Part shown: positions 26,211 to 33,775 of the stretch, piece after piece | Layout: each line of letters begins with the position of its first letter | Position numbering within the stretch: the first letter of the stretch is position 1 | Virus record (IMG/VR): IMGVR_UViG_3300045988_071163 | Coordinates: 1 to 43,121 of that record | Direction: 5' to 3' (one strand) | DNA: 43,121 bases | Source: a virus | Notes under the pieces: model-generated | The model's input: the letters and a program-made list of their open reading frames with translations, nothing else | Databases searched by the model: none | What the model was told of the DNA's origin: nothing | Position numbers and translations under genes: made by a program

Positions 26211-27602
26211 ATGGATAATTTAGTAAAGTATTATGACCACAACGAATTTTCATTTATTTCTATGGAGACATTAGAACAATTAGAAGATGAATATTATATC
26301 GAATATTCTACTTTCGAAGATTGCTATATCAATAAAGATACCAGCGATTATGGTTATTGTGATAATGACCTTTTAACTAATGATACTATAGAAAATGGAG
26401 ATTATATTTATTGTGAAGATACAGAAGACTACCAACCAGAAGATTACACTGTTTATCTAACAGACAAAGAAACTTATGTATCAAAAGATTATGATTACTA
26501 TAAATGTGATGAATGCGGCGATTGTTTCAGCAGCGATTATGATATGCATTGTAGAAATGGCAACTATTATTGTGATACCTGTTGGGAAGATATGGAACCC
26601 GTTATTTATGATTACCATTGTTATCGTGATGGTTATTACCCTCGTTCTCTAGCACGTGAAAGCCCGTTATTTATGGGGTTTGAATTAGAAGTTGATGACG
26701 TGCGCGGCGATTGTGAAAGTTTAGCATCAAGCGTATTAGATGGTGATATGGATGACACATTACATTGTGAATATGATTGTACAGTTGCTTTTGAGTTTAT
26801 TTCCCAACCTTGCACATTGGAATATCACAAGAACCAACATTATAATGATTGGTTTTTCAGTGAATTAGATGGCAAGTGTGAAAGTCATGACGCTGGCACT
26901 TGTGGTTTACACGTGCACGTTAACAAGTCGTTTTTTAATGGCCGCGGTTATGACAGATTGAAAACAATCCTTTTCTTCTTTAAGGATGAATTATTTCAAT
27001 TTTCACGCCGTCAATATTGGGGTTATAGTTATAGCGACTTTGGGGAAAAAATCGGTAAAAGCAGCGTGACAATGCATAAAGCAAAAAACACCAAAGAATA
27101 CGGGCATTCTACATGGTTCAATGAAAACAATAGTTCTACTTATGAGTTTAGATTTTTCCGTGGTACATTGAAATATGAAACATTCATGGCAAGTCTTGAA
27201 TTAGTCCACAATATCTGCTTAGCTGCAATGAGTAATACAGATGTTATCACATGGGATTCATTGCTAGATGGTGATTATTGTAGAGAATATAGTAACTCAC
27301 GCGACATCTATTGCGATAGTGAATTAAATTTAGGTGAGTTAGAAAAGAAAGAAAACGAACTAATGCAAGTAATCAAAAAGGCTTTAAATGAAAATGCTTT
27401 TATCAATCTAAATCATGTTTGTGTTGGTGAAATTGTAGGAGATACAATCGTTTTCTATTGTCTCTATAACAATAACGGAGAACTACACAAACGCCGCCAG
27501 AACTATATTAATTTATCGGAGTTTGATACTTTTGAAACACATGGTTATTACTACTTATGTAATAGAAAAGAACTTTCTAACTTGTTAGGAGGTGAATTCT
27601 AA
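26211..27602 (+). CDS. Amidoligase_2-family (glutamine-synthetase/GCS2-like COOH-NH2 ligase) protein with an acidic Tyr/Cys-rich N-terminal extension
   Basis: Motif series GFELEVDD ... CEYDCTVAFEFISQPCTL ... TCGLHVHVNK ... TYEFRFFRGTL. CDECGDC...CDTC zinc-ribbon-like motif in the N-terminal 150 aa. Confidence 0.8.
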   Translation: MDNLVKYYDHNEFSFISMETLEQLEDEYYIEYSTFEDCYINKDTSDYGYCDNDLLTNDTIENGDYIYCEDTEDYQPEDYTVYLTDKETYVSKDYDYYKCDECGDCFSSDYDMHCRNGNYYCDTCWEDMEPVIYDYHCYRDGYYPRSLARESPLFMGFELEVDDVRGDCESLASSVLDGDMDDTLHCEYDCTVAFEFISQPCTLEYHKNQHYNDWFFSELDGKCESHDAGTCGLHVHVNKSFFNGRGYDRLKTILFFFKDELFQFSRRQYWGYSYSDFGEKIGKSSVTMHKAKNTKEYGHSTWFNENNSSTYEFRFFRGTLKYETFMASLELVHNICLAAMSNTDVITWDSLLDGDYCREYSNSRDIYCDSELNLGELEKKENELMQVIKKALNENAFINLNHVCVGEIVGDTIVFYCLYNNNGELHKRRQNYINLSEFDTFETHGYYYLCNRKELSNLLGGEF

Positions 27603-28468
27603 TGTGTATTATTGCAATCAAACCAGCTCATCACAAAATGATTGATGAAAGCATCATAGAAACAATGTTTGATACCAACCCCGACGGCGCGGGTTATATG
27701 TACGCTTATAACAATAGAGTACATATTAATAAAGGTTTCATGACATTAAAAGAATTGTTAAATAGTCTTGATAAACTGAAAAAGAAAATTAATATTGATA
27801 AAATACCTTTAATCTTACATTTTCGTATTTCCACTAGTGGGAAAACAGATGGCGCCACTTGCCATCCTTTTCCTGTCACTAGTGACCTAAACGCTTTACG
27901 AAAAACACACCTTATAACCAACTTAGGAATGGCACACAATGGGATTATTAGTGACTTTGAGGAAAAGAAAAGTATCTATAGTGATACACAATTATTTGTG
28001 AATAAGTGTGTATCATATCTCTATGATATGAACCCTAAATTCTTACACGATGATAGAACGAAAAAGCTGCTAGAACCTATTATAAATGGTTCGCGCCTGG
28101 CGTTCTTAGACAGTCACGGCAATATATACCAATATGGCGATTGGATCGAAAGCGATGGTATCTATTATAGCAATGAGGGCTATATCCCATGGCAATCACG
28201 TTATTATCATTATAACGATGCTTATTATAGTAAGTATTATTATGGTGATGATTATTATTACTATGGTGATGAGGACCAGGAACTAAAAATTTTAGAGAAA
28301 TTAGAAGCCTATGAGGAAATAACAAATTATGAAGATATCTGTTATATTCGTACAATGTATGATATAGTAGAAGAAAGCGGCAACACTGAAATTTATGACG
28401 TAATGGGAATGTTTGTCAAGGTGGACCCAGTCGCAAGCCGTGCTATTCGTATAGAGGGGGTTGACTAA
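27602..28468 (+). CDS. Class-II (Ntn) glutamine amidotransferase-like / thiol peptidase-like protein with a Tyr-rich C-terminal extension
   Basis: MCIIA (Cys2), NPDGAGY, LHFRISTSG, CHPF and MAHNGII. TAATG overlap with the upstream gene. GGAGGTG RBS. Confidence 0.8.
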   Translation: MCIIAIKPAHHKMIDESIIETMFDTNPDGAGYMYAYNNRVHINKGFMTLKELLNSLDKLKKKINIDKIPLILHFRISTSGKTDGATCHPFPVTSDLNALRKTHLITNLGMAHNGIISDFEEKKSIYSDTQLFVNKCVSYLYDMNPKFLHDDRTKKLLEPIINGSRLAFLDSHGNIYQYGDWIESDGIYYSNEGYIPWQSRYYHYNDAYYSKYYYGDDYYYYGDEDQELKILEKLEAYEEITNYEDICYIRTMYDIVEESGNTEIYDVMGMFVKVDPVASRAIRIEGVD

Positions 28469-28612
28469 TTGCTTAGATTATTGATTTATTTGTGTTTCTT
28501 TCCGTTGTGGTTGATATGGTGGTTTATTAAAGCAGTTTTCTTCTTTATGTCATGGTTGGAAATCTGCTTACTTAGTTTCAATGGTAAGAGAATTATAAAA
28601 AGAAGATGGTAA
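28469..28612 (+). CDS. Possible 47-aa hydrophobic membrane peptide (TTG start), not in the ORF track
   Basis: LLRLLIYLCFFPLWLIWWFIKAVFFFMSWLEICLLSFNGKRIIKRRW. It starts directly after the upstream stop, with GAGGGGG 10 nt upstream, and ends inside the operon terminator. Confidence 0.4.
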   Translation: MLRLLIYLCFFPLWLIWWFIKAVFFFMSWLEICLLSFNGKRIIKRRW

Positions 28613-28626
28613 CATCTTCTTTTTTG
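28601..28626 (+). terminator. Rho-independent terminator of the amidoligase operon
   Basis: agaagatg gtaa catcttct 8-bp perfect stem followed by T6. Confidence 0.75.
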
Positions 28627-28660
28627 TCGTTCATAAACATTTAATGATCATAAGTAAATA

Positions 28661-28905
28661 AGCGTTTTAAGCGTTCTAAGAGACTTTTATATAATGGTGA
28701 TATAAATATACCATAACCACATAAACAACGCTTAGAATTGAAATGTGGGCTATTTATATAATGCAGCTCATACACACAAATTCGTACATATAAACTACAG
28801 GGCTTTAAATAGCCCTTTTAAGCGTGTTTAATCATATCGTGATATAATTATCATCTTTCATATAAACGTGTCTTAGAATTGAAATATAGCCTATTTAAGG
28901 CTATA
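28661..28905 (+). repeat. Two imperfect tandem units of ~142-151 bp, each with ttttaagcgt, gtgatataa, cttagaattgaaat and ctattta blocks
   Basis: The block pairs are 28665/28816, 28697/28839 and 28731/28872. Each unit has a TATAAT-like element and a short hairpin (28799..28816; 28886..28904). Confidence 0.6.
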
Positions 28906-28906
28906 G

Positions 28907-28947
28907 GCGCATGTAATCTATACCATGAGCGCACGTAATCTATACCA
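28907..28947 (+). repeat. Two 19-bp direct repeats gcgca[t/c]gtaatctatacca at 22-bp phasing
   Basis: 28907..28925 and 28929..28947 differ at one position. A third partial copy, atctataca, is at 28971..28979. Confidence 0.8.
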
Positions 28948-29000
28948 ATATAAGCATAGAACTACAAAAAATCTATACACAAGAAAAATGGAAAAAATAC

Positions 29001-29068
29001 GGCAAAATTTCAGATGGCGTGCGGCGCCGTCAAAATTTTCGCACGCGTGGTGGCAAAATTTTCACGTG
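29001..29068 (+). repeat. Three g[gt]caaaattt(t)c iteron-like repeats interleaved with GC palindromes (GGCGCC, ACGCGT, CACGTG)
   Basis: Copies start at 29001, 29029 and 29052. The last two are 23 bp apart. Confidence 0.6.
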
Positions 29069-29075
29069 CATATGT

Positions 29076-29108
29076 AAAAAGGTGAGCATAAAACGCTCAC
29101 CTTTTTTT
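29076..29108. terminator. Bidirectional terminator overlapping the terS stop
   Basis: aggtgagc ataaaac gctcacct 8-bp stem, with A5 on the left and T7 on the right. Confidence 0.75.
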
Positions 29109-29589
29109 ATTTCTCTTCAAAATCTGCATCTATAACAACGGCAGAAATTTCCTTTTCAATCTGTTCAATTGACTTGCTTTCAGAAACCATGTGATGAATC
29201 TTCACATCCTGGTTATCTCTATAGCCGAAATTGGATTTCAGCAGGAATACAGAAGCATTTCTATCCATAGTTCCTTGAAGTGCTCCTTGTTCAAGGTTAT
29301 CAGCCATCAGATTCAGCATCTGTGAGAGAAAAATCGTTGTTTCATGATTAGGTCTTTCAGCAATCCATCTATTGACCGTATCTGGTGAAACTCCAAGACA
29401 AACACAGAGTCCTCTCAAAGTAGGAATTCTGTTGTTTTCATCGCAGTAAGTGAGATATTCATAACTTCTGTCCTTGATTACATCGAAATCGTTGATTGTC
29501 GCTCTTTTTAACTTGAGCATCTCTCTTGCACGTGCGACAGGCAGTTTGCTTTCACCTATCTCGTTGTAGTCGAACTTCTTCTTCGCCAT
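29107..29589 (-). CDS. terS: Terminase small subunit
   Basis: HTH GLCVCLGVSPDTVNRW and FLLKSNFGYRD are typical of TerS. I chose the start at 29589 (MAKKKF) because of the GGAGG RBS. Confidence 0.8.
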   Translation of the reverse strand: MAKKKFDYNEIGESKLPVARAREMLKLKRATINDFDVIKDRSYEYLTYCDENNRIPTLRGLCVCLGVSPDTVNRWIAERPNHETTIFLSQMLNLMADNLEQGALQGTMDRNASVFLLKSNFGYRDNQDVKIHHMVSESKSIEQIEKEISAVVIDADFEEK

Positions 29590-29849
29590 TTTTTTACCTC
29601 CAAAAAATCGAAATTCCAAAAAAAAATTGACAAAATAATTGACCGATGGTCAGATTCAACCCCCTTCCCTCATGTGTCACATTCACACATCCCCCCCGGC
29701 AAAAAAATCGCACACACACAAGGGGGATGGGTAGTCTGTATATGCATCCGAGGGGGATTTGGGGGTTTTTAACCCCTTTTCCTATACTCCATATATATAA
29801 ATACATATATACCTCTTTTATATTCTCTATACTATTTACTTATATATAA

Positions 29850-29945
29850 AATACCCCAATACCCCATAATATATAAAAAAAGTAAGTATATATCAGCATT
29901 TTTTACAGGGGTATTTTTCTAACAGTTAGGGGTATTAGGGGTACT
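29850..29945. repeat. Inverted GGGGTATT motif array
   Basis: AATACCCCAATACCCC at 29850..29865 faces GGGGTATTAGGGGTACT at 29929..29945. Extra plus-strand copies occur at 29908 and, degenerate, at 29959, 29993 and 30002. Confidence 0.6.
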
Positions 29946-30036
29946 GTGGTACCATTTAGGGGACTATTATTTAAATAGTGAAAAATACATATGGGGTGTT
30001 AGGGGCGTTTTAAAACACCATAAGTTGTGTACCCCC

Positions 30037-32493
30037 CTACTTTTTCACCAAAAACCACTGCTTATGAATCACCTTCAATTCACAATGGTGTGTTTCTGTT
30101 CCGTCGAAATAAGCGATTGCCCCTTTCAGATTCTTGTAGAAGGTGTTTCTGCCGGCAACTCGGTATCTACATTCATCACACCATTCAGTGTACATCTCAT
30201 ACACTCTGTTTGCTCTCATTGATGTAAGAGTCATGCCGTCATCGACCCAGTCGAACTCATTGAGGAACTCGATAACATGATTACTCTCGATAGCGAACTC
30301 GTATTCCAAGTCCTTGTCCTCATCTATCTCATTGAACTTGTAGCCATTCTCAATCAGTCTGACATAACCATCAATGCTCCATCGCAATACTGCTGGCAGT
30401 ACATCATCACTTGTTAGGAGGGCATCTAATCCCGGTATTGCCTTGAATACATGAATATCATCCACTCTTGATTCATCTGATGTGAATGTATTGGCGAACT
30501 TGTGCTTCGTACCCTCGAATCTTCTGAGCCATCCGCCGTTTGACTTGTTTGCACGTGGCAGTTCGTTGCAGTCAATGAATATCTTGCATCTAGGCTTGAA
30601 TTCGATACGTGGTTTGCCCTTCACATCTGTGGATATGACATCGTTCGATGTGATCGCCTTGAAGATTGGCTCTGCCTCCTTGATATCGCTTGTCGCTTCA
30701 TGACAGAAATTAACATACTTGCCTAATAACTGTAACGTGTCAAAGCGTCCGCCAAGACGGCTCAACTCTAATGTACTGCATAATTTTCCGTCGCCTAGCA
30801 GTGCACTCAGCACCTTTGTCAGTACGCTCTTTCCATTGCTTCCAGTTCCATAGAACAGGTATGCCTTGTCTTGTATGCTGTGTTCCATGAACACCGAGCC
30901 GAAGTATTCTGCAAATCGTTTGATTAACTTCTCATCACTACTTGTGATGCTGTTCAAGAAATCATCCCAATCTTGGCTGTATGCATTTTCTCTGTATTCA
31001 TAGTTGAGTACATAATCATTGAAGTCATCTGGGTTACGCTTGCTAGAGAACCTGTAATATCCATCGAACGGATTCTCCGTGAAGTAAAGCGTACCATTCT
31101 TGAGGTTCAGACAGTTCACTTGGTTTGGTAGGGTATCATCATATACGATAGTTCTGACCTTGTTCAGTATCGCTGATTCGAGATTATACGATACATCGAA
31201 CATCTCCATGATTCCCTGTCTGATGAGTGCATCATCACATCTGCTCCAGTACGTGCCGTTGAAACGGTAGAAGCCGAGTGATGGATTGCATCTTAATTTA
31301 TAGTCATAGTTGGCAATAAACTCGTGAGCATATTCATCGTTTGTCTTGCCTCTCGTCAGTTCCCTTCGTATTTCCTTCATTTCCTCACCGTCAGCGCCTA
31401 AAACTTCCTTGGCATACTGCAATATGGCTTTCTTCTTAACACGGCTCATATAAGGGCTGTGCGCACTGTAGACATATTCCATCAGTTCATCTATATCAGA
31501 CATGGTAGTCTTCAGATACCATAGTGTGCCGTCCACTGCATGCTTTTCTAAGAGTTCGCTAGGTAGAACGCCTGCGCAGTAACAGTCGCTCACATCCTTA
31601 CCGTACTCTCTAGGGATGTTGACTATGTCGAACGGAATATTGTGTGCGAATAACTGCTTTGCAGTCGCTATAGTGAACTGCACACCTCTTCCATCGTTGT
31701 CGTAGCAGATAGCCACACGCTTGAATTTCTTGGCAATCTTGCATAGATATTCTGTCTGCTTATTTGAAAGTCTTGTGGCGCTCGATAGAACTCTATACCC
31801 TTCTTGATAGAAAGTTAAGAAGTCAAACACTCCTTCTGCAATGACGATTGTATCATTGTTGATATAAGTCTCGCTTCTGTTAAGCGTGTCAAGACCATAA
31901 AGCGTATTCTCTTTGAATGCTTCCTCTAGATATGGTTTTTTGTATTTAACGACATCATACTGGCTTCTGTTTCTAGCGCAGTAGTAAACGCAGTTGTTGT
32001 TCTTGAATACAGGAATGATGATACGTGGTACATCTACCATTTCACCATTAGGCGCTTTCTCCTTGAATGTGTGGCTTCCTATGTACAGATTATTGATGGT
32101 ACTGTCAGTTATCTTTCTCTGATGTAGATAATCTATATCATCATCCGTAAGGTCATTATGCCATTGCAGTATTGCATTATTCCATTCTCTATAGTTCTGC
32201 TTGTATTCTGTATCGTTGAACGCCAGATTAAATCGACTGCACATATCCTTGAACGCCATAGACTTATCACCTTCATACTTTGCATATGCAAGCATGTCTG
32301 TGACATCGCCACCGACACCATCACTGAATGAGAACCACGAGTCCTCGCTCACCATAACACTGTTAGGATTCTGGCCATCATGGATAAAAGAGGGGCAACG
32401 ATATGTGCCCCCGTTCTTGTGCAGTTCTATGCCCAGTTCTGTAGCAAGTTCAACGCAGTTTATATTCTGTTTTATTTCGTCATACAACTTCAT
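30037..32493 (-). CDS. Bifunctional DNA primase / SF3 helicase (CHC2 zinc finger, Toprim, D5/P4-type P-loop)
   Basis: CPSFIHDGQNPNS zinc finger, a Toprim-like IVIAEGVFD...YDNDGRG, and Walker A GTGSNGKSV. Confidence 0.85.
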   Translation of the reverse strand: MKLYDEIKQNINCVELATELGIELHKNGGTYRCPSFIHDGQNPNSVMVSEDSWFSFSDGVGGDVTDMLAYAKYEGDKSMAFKDMCSRFNLAFNDTEYKQNYREWNNAILQWHNDLTDDDIDYLHQRKITDSTINNLYIGSHTFKEKAPNGEMVDVPRIIIPVFKNNNCVYYCARNRSQYDVVKYKKPYLEEAFKENTLYGLDTLNRSETYINNDTIVIAEGVFDFLTFYQEGYRVLSSATRLSNKQTEYLCKIAKKFKRVAICYDNDGRGVQFTIATAKQLFAHNIPFDIVNIPREYGKDVSDCYCAGVLPSELLEKHAVDGTLWYLKTTMSDIDELMEYVYSAHSPYMSRVKKKAILQYAKEVLGADGEEMKEIRRELTRGKTNDEYAHEFIANYDYKLRCNPSLGFYRFNGTYWSRCDDALIRQGIMEMFDVSYNLESAILNKVRTIVYDDTLPNQVNCLNLKNGTLYFTENPFDGYYRFSSKRNPDDFNDYVLNYEYRENAYSQDWDDFLNSITSSDEKLIKRFAEYFGSVFMEHSIQDKAYLFYGTGSNGKSVLTKVLSALLGDGKLCSTLELSRLGGRFDTLQLLGKYVNFCHEATSDIKEAEPIFKAITSNDVISTDVKGKPRIEFKPRCKIFIDCNELPRANKSNGGWLRRFEGTKHKFANTFTSDESRVDDIHVFKAIPGLDALLTSDDVLPAVLRWSIDGYVRLIENGYKFNEIDEDKDLEYEFAIESNHVIEFLNEFDWVDDGMTLTSMRANRVYEMYTEWCDECRYRVAGRNTFYKNLKGAIAYFDGTETHHCELKVIHKQWFLVKK

Positions 32494-33082
32494 AATAATC
32501 AATATCCTTTCCTATGAATTCCTTATATTTCTCCACATCTAAGACATCACTTAACTGTATCTCCCCTCTATCAAGTTGCTCTCCTAGCCTTTTAAGTTGC
32601 GCCACTTCTCCATTCTTTGCATATAGCATATTGTTTGGATAGCATTTCTTTCTGAATAGGAAATACATGGCTCGTCTATACTGTTTGAAGTCGCAGTCGC
32701 TCGCAACCCATACATGATAGTTCATCTTGGCGAAGATATACCAGTATCTTCTGAATGCCTTCTTGTTAAGGTAATAATCGAGTGTATGCCTTGTTACATC
32801 TGGTTCGTTCGTGAAGAAGAATTCATTTATCTCATAAATCGTGCCTTCGAAGACAACTTCGTTTGTTGTCTTGTCTACTACTATTCTATCTCTAGCGAAT
32901 GTCTGCGTTATAGGTAATCTGAGTTCTTTTCTGATGTAATTCGGATATGAACCGTATTTTCTCTTGAAATACAGTTCCTTTACTCCTAGACTCTTAAGTT
33001 CCTCTATATATGGTGGTCTATGCTTCTGCTTATAGAAATCCAGTATGATCTTTCTGTATAGTTCACCTCTGTAATCACTCAT
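32480..33082 (-). CDS. Hypothetical protein
   Basis: 200-aa ORF, same strand, tightly packed. Confidence 0.55.
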   Translation of the reverse strand: MSDYRGELYRKIILDFYKQKHRPPYIEELKSLGVKELYFKRKYGSYPNYIRKELRLPITQTFARDRIVVDKTTNEVVFEGTIYEINEFFFTNEPDVTRHTLDYYLNKKAFRRYWYIFAKMNYHVWVASDCDFKQYRRAMYFLFRKKCYPNNMLYAKNGEVAQLKRLGEQLDRGEIQLSDVLDVEKYKEFIGKDIDYYEVV

Positions 33083-33103
33083 GACTTATCACCACCTTTC
33101 CTG

Positions 33104-33580
33104 TTATCTGATAAATTTCTTCTGTAGTTCTCTTATTACTTCTCTGCCTTCCACACTGCTTTTTGCGACCTTCTTATATTTAGTGTGGACTGTATGTATT
33201 AGAAAAGTGTACCTTTTCGTATCGCCTAGTGAATCGGCATTGTTATAGTATTTGTTAGAAATCATAACAACATCATCTATATCAATCATCCTGCCTTCAA
33301 AATTGAATGTGCCATGTTCCTTCTTTGGTTTGAATTCATCAAGATATCTGAGCATGTCTTTGGCTAAGCGTTTATCGTAGAACTTCATCGAATGAATCTG
33401 CTTTCCGTTATGATAGAACTTTATCAGCCATGCATCTCCTCTCATATTATAGTCTGCCGATTCCATGAACCACGTAACATTATCCAGGTTTATCAGATAA
33501 AAGCGATTCTTCAGTGCATAGAACTGTGAAGAATTAATTGGATTTCTGAATGTGCACCACACTTCTGCTAGTCTTGCCAT
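33104..33580 (-). CDS. Hypothetical protein
   Basis: 158-aa ORF with a GGGGGAA RBS-like upstream sequence. Confidence 0.55.
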   Translation of the reverse strand: MARLAEVWCTFRNPINSSQFYALKNRFYLINLDNVTWFMESADYNMRGDAWLIKFYHNGKQIHSMKFYDKRLAKDMLRYLDEFKPKKEHGTFNFEGRMIDIDDVVMISNKYYNNADSLGDTKRYTFLIHTVHTKYKKVAKSSVEGREVIRELQKKFIR

Positions 33581-33601
33581 TTAAGATTCCCCCTTTCCAC
33601 A

Positions 33602-33775
33602 TTACCACATAGCATACAGTACAAGCAGCAGCGTGATAGTTATCAGTCCAGCAAGAACGAAGAAATCTCTGTTCGAGTGTTCCAGTTCTTCATGCAGTTT
33701 ATCGTTCTGCTTCAGCAGTTTTTCGTTGATTTTCTGCATATTGTCAATTACTTTTGTCAGTTCTTCATTGTCCAT
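33602..33775 (-). CDS. Small coiled-coil protein with a C-terminal TM helix (57 aa), not in the ORF track
   Basis: MDNEELTKVIDNMQKINEKLLKQNDKLHEELEHSNRDFFVLAGLITITLLLVLYAMW. AAAGGAG RBS 8 nt upstream. Confidence 0.45.
   Translation of the reverse strand: MDNEELTKVIDNMQKINEKLLKQNDKLHEELEHSNRDFFVLAGLITITLLLVLYAMW

Larger units (their letters stand above)
24843..29108. mobile_element. Putative acquired accessory cassette (moron) inserted between terS and terL
   Basis: Bounded by terminators. Carries its own divergent promoters, a serine recombinase and an opposite-strand operon. GC looks lower in spot counts. Confidence 0.4.

Noticed and set aside
28713-28721. ataaccaca, considered as a DnaA-box-like sequence in the repeat region.
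   Set aside because: It has two mismatches to TTATCCACA and occurs only once. That is not enough to call an origin.
24800-29150. Inverted repeats flanking the plus-strand operon that would make it an invertible segment for the serine recombinase.
   Set aside because: By eye I found no convincing matching inverted sites at the two ends. The idea is kept only as an open question in the findings, not as a feature.
29594-29849. Overlapping ORFs 29594..29806 (minus) and 29646..29849 (plus) in the terS upstream region.
   Set aside because: They overlap each other on opposite strands in G-tract/C-tract DNA. They have no RBS and the products are implausible. I treated the region as non-coding regulatory DNA.
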